From: an uncultured Kiritimatiellota bacterium
Lineage (GTDB): Bacteria > Verrucomicrobiota > Kiritimatiellia > RFP12 > DVOR01
DNA length: 64,000 nt
Reading direction: 5' to 3'
NCBI GenBank assembly: GCA_944391065.1
Contig: CALXSH010000005.1
Location: 1,876-65,875 of the forward strand
This document shows positions 57,115-64,000 of this stretch, piece by piece; position 1 is the first letter of the stretch; every line of letters begins with the position of its first letter. The notes under the pieces are model-generated. The model searched no databases and was not told where the DNA came from. It saw nothing but the letters and a program-made list of their open reading frames with translations. The translations under genes and the position numbers were made by a program.

Positions 57115-57133
57115 GTGTATCGGGGGGAGGCTC

Positions 57134-61401
<4,268 letters not shown>

Positions 61402-61407
61402 CGGAAA

Positions 61408-61923
61408 TCAGCGGGTGCCGAGAGAGTGGAGCTCCTCCAGCACCCGGTCGGCAATCTGCTTCGCGGCACGCGGCAGATAGTTCATGACGCCGGTCTGGTA
61501 GTCATTCATCGTCAGCATCAGGGTCTCGCCGGTGAACGTCTTGCCGTTGATCAGGGCCTCGCCGGTACGCGCGTCGAAGGCGTAGATTTTCGCGGAGAGG
61601 ACCATGCGGAATTCGTCGGGGACGAGGCGGTTGGACTGGTCAAAGGCAACGGCGCGCGTGACGGGATCGGAGACGACACCCTGGACGCGCAGGGTGGCCG
61701 AATCGTAGTCGGTCAGGCTGAAGGTGCCATCGTCGATAAGGGCGCGGGCAATCTGTTCGGTGACCGTGGCGCCGGCCATCGGATAGAGGGTGCCGTTCTC
61801 AAAGGCGGCCAGATGGACGGCGCGCAGGTCCTTCGGCACGGAGGAGCCGCGGGTGTAGCCCGCGCAACCGGCCAGGAGGGCCATCAGCGGGAGGAGGGCA
61901 AAGAGAGCAAGAAAACGTTTCAT
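61408..61923 (-). CDS. lptE: LPS assembly lipoprotein LptE
   Basis: Lipobox LAGC-GY, 'VHLAAFEN.T', A..L.G fold pattern, adjacent to a bamD-like gene. Confidence 0.75.
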   Translation of the reverse strand: MKRFLALFALLPLMALLAGCAGYTRGSSVPKDLRAVHLAAFENGTLYPMAGATVTEQIARALIDDGTFSLTDYDSATLRVQGVVSDPVTRAVAFDQSNRLVPDEFRMVLSAKIYAFDARTGEALINGKTFTGETLMLTMNDYQTGVMNYLPRAAKQIADRVLEELHSLGTR

Positions 61924-62957
61924 GGGGTGGTTTCCGGGGACGTAGAGGCGGCCGGCAGACGGTCGGCCACGGAGAGCGCGGCAATGCGCGCGCGGACCGC
62001 GTCGGCCTGAGGGGCATCGGGGAACTGCTGAAGGAAGGCCTGATAGGCACGGATGGCGGAATCCGGGGAGTAGGCCTTGGGATTGTCGTAGAAGGCGGCC
62101 TTGACGTACGAGCCGTCGCGGCGGATTTCATAGATTTCGCGCTGCCAGGCTTCGAAGTCAGCGCGGGAGGGATGGGCCGGACGGAAGGCAATGGCGCCGG
62201 CGATGAGGCGCTCAAGGTTGTTGAGGCGGCCGGTGTCGTTGTGCCAGACATTGGCCTGCTCGCGGCAGGCCTTGGCGTAACAGTAGACGACATCGTCCAT
62301 GCGGGCAAAGGAGGGCCAGCGGACGATGATATTGTCGTAAATCGTGAGGGCGCTGGCGTACTGGCCGGCATCCGAATAGAGGGCGCCGATGCGCATCAGG
62401 AGCTCGGGGACCATGACCCAGCGGGGCGCGAAGTGGATGATGCGCTCGTAGTTGCTCCGCAGCGTGGCGTGGGAATAACGACGGAGGCCGAGAAACCCGC
62501 TGCCGGCCCGTCCGGCCATGAGATCGGCCTGGGAGAGGGCGTCCTTGAGGACGGGTTCCATTTCGAAGCGGCCGGAGAAGTGGGCCAAGAGATAAATATC
62601 GGCGTCATAGGCCTTCTCGGCCTCGCCGGCGGCGGAGTAAAGACGCGCGATGGCAAGCTGGGCCTTCAGCGCCTCGGGGGTGGCGTGCCATTCGTGGACG
62701 AGATCGTCGTAGGCGTCGATGGCCGCGTCGGCCTTGCCCTCGGCTTCCAGAGCGCGGGCGTACTCAAGCTGTTCGGCGGGGGAGTCCTTCTCGGGATCGT
62801 GCCACCACCAGGAGGGTTCCTTGAGCTCGATGTCCATCGGATCGTCGATGAACATGAGTTCCGCCGGGGTCTTGCCCATGCGCGAATAGTCGACGTACTG
62901 CGCGCGGAGGACCGTCACGCAAAGCAACAGGAGCGAAAGGGTGAGAATGCGTTTCAT
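61920..62957 (-). CDS. BamD-like TPR outer-membrane assembly protein
   Basis: Signal peptide; TPR helices (AIDAYDDLV..W..TPEA..AQL, AIRAYQAFLQQFP). Confidence 0.8.
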   Translation of the reverse strand: MKRILTLSLLLLCVTVLRAQYVDYSRMGKTPAELMFIDDPMDIELKEPSWWWHDPEKDSPAEQLEYARALEAEGKADAAIDAYDDLVHEWHATPEALKAQLAIARLYSAAGEAEKAYDADIYLLAHFSGRFEMEPVLKDALSQADLMAGRAGSGFLGLRRYSHATLRSNYERIIHFAPRWVMVPELLMRIGALYSDAGQYASALTIYDNIIVRWPSFARMDDVVYCYAKACREQANVWHNDTGRLNNLERLIAGAIAFRPAHPSRADFEAWQREIYEIRRDGSYVKAAFYDNPKAYSPDSAIRAYQAFLQQFPDAPQADAVRARIAALSVADRLPAASTSPETTP

Positions 62958-62979
62958 ACGGCCGCTCAGTATAACACAC

Positions 62980-63759
62980 TCAGCCCCGCCGCTCAGCGGG
63001 CAGGAAGCGCGTGCAGGGGAAATCGGGCGGATCGCCGAAGACGACGGCCTTCAGGACACCGGGGCGGTTGCCGTTGGCGACGGCGCAGGCGATGCCTTCG
63101 CGGGCGAGGGCGGAGGTCACGGAGAGTTTGGTCGTCATGCCGCCGCGGCCCTTGCTGCTGGTGGAGCGGACGACGCCGCCGGAACGGTCCTCGCCGGGGC
63201 GGACCTCGCGGATGAGTTCGGAGGCCGGGTCGGCGGGATCGCCGGTATAGAGGCCGTCGACGGAGGAGAGGATAACGACGAGATCGACATTGAAGAGACG
63301 GGCGACCTGGCCGGAGAGCTCGTCATTGTCGGTGAACATGAGCGATTCGACGGAGACGGCGTCGTTTTCGTTGATGACGGGGATGACGCCGTGGTCGAGG
63401 AGGGCCGTGATGCACTGGCGGATGTTTTCGGAATGGTCGCGGTCGGCGAAGTCGCTCTTGGTCACGAGGATCTGGCCCATGGGCAGGCCCGTCGTGGAGA
63501 AGCAGGTCCGGTAGGTATCCATGAGCGAGGGCTGACCGACGGCCGAGAGGACCTGGCGGCGGATGACGCGGTCAATCACCGGCGGCAGGGAAATCCGGGC
63601 GCAGCCGGCGGCGACGGCGCCGGAGGTGACGACCATGACGCGGTGGCCGGCCTCATAGAGGGCGGCCACTTCCTCGACGAGGGCGGCGATGTGCGCAATG
63701 CTGAGGCGCCCGTCGGGACGGGTCAGAACGTTGGAACCGATTTTGACGACGATACGCAT
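62980..63759 (-). CDS. proB: Glutamate 5-kinase (no PUA domain)
   Basis: RIVVKIGSN, VTSGAV, SAVGQ, INENDAV, DNDELS, GRGGMTTK. Confidence 0.95.
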   Translation of the reverse strand: MRIVVKIGSNVLTRPDGRLSIAHIAALVEEVAALYEAGHRVMVVTSGAVAAGCARISLPPVIDRVIRRQVLSAVGQPSLMDTYRTCFSTTGLPMGQILVTKSDFADRDHSENIRQCITALLDHGVIPVINENDAVSVESLMFTDNDELSGQVARLFNVDLVVILSSVDGLYTGDPADPASELIREVRPGEDRSGGVVRSTSSKGRGGMTTKLSVTSALAREGIACAVANGNRPGVLKAVVFGDPPDFPCTRFLPAERRG

Positions 63760-63784
63760 GGACGGACTCCTCGGGAAGGAGAGG

Positions 63785-64000
63785 TCAGCGGCCGATGCAG
63801 CAGGCGCGCAGGCCCTTGACGACGGCACCGGTGAAGCCGTTGGCCTCGAGTTCGCAGATGCCCCGGACCGTCAGGCCGGCCGGCGTGCAGACGCGGTCGA
63901 TGGCAGCCTCGGGATGTTCGCCGGCGGCGACCATGGCGGCGGCGCCGCGCATGGTCTGGGCGAAGAGGGCCGCGGCCATGTCGGCGCGCAGGCCCATGGC
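63785..64000 (-). CDS. proC: Pyrroline-5-carboxylate reductase, C-terminal part (5' end outside the window)
   Basis: GL..A..L.AQTMRGAA, VCTPAGLT..G..LE..G. Confidence 0.9.
   Translation of the reverse strand, partial: AMGLRADMAAALFAQTMRGAAAMVAAGEHPEAAIDRVCTPAGLTVRGICELEANGFTGAVVKGLRACCIGR

Overview
GC-rich bacterial chromosomal window, with most genes on the - strand. The gene content (RNase HIII, BamD-LptE pair, YdjY-like protein, orphan GspE, large secreted modular proteins) suggests a PVC-superphylum anaerobe, probably Kiritimatiellae-like; this is inference. Most of it is housekeeping: nadA, nadB, tsaE, nifU, nrdR, nrdDG, sdaA, mtnN, aroA, rnhC, pyrB, argF, hrpB, accAD, the ispE-tRNA-Gln-prs-rplY-pth-rpsF-ssb-rpsR-rplI superoperon, and proB/proC. 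Accessory genes are interspersed: a >1060-aa LamG/HYR/TSP3-repeat surface protein that the ORF track misses, with upstream DUF1573 and HEAT genes; two secreted GH2 enzymes with CBM32-like modules; a C10+C25 double-protease fusion; a lower-GC membrane gene broken by a G6 frameshift; and three tandem thioredoxin-fold exported proteins. I recognised no transposase, integrase, prophage, CRISPR-Cas or defence system. The best candidates for new biology are (i) three intergenic four-copy arrays with exact 22-23 bp periods and shared flanking motifs, (ii) a complete tRNA-Gln gene read in frame as the 3' end of ispE, (iii) the prodomain-less C10/C25 protease fusion, (iv) the homopolymer frameshift, and (v) PhoP-type 11-bp-phased repeats upstream of a Na/Pi transporter. 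All family assignments come from motif recognition by eye; no database searches were run.
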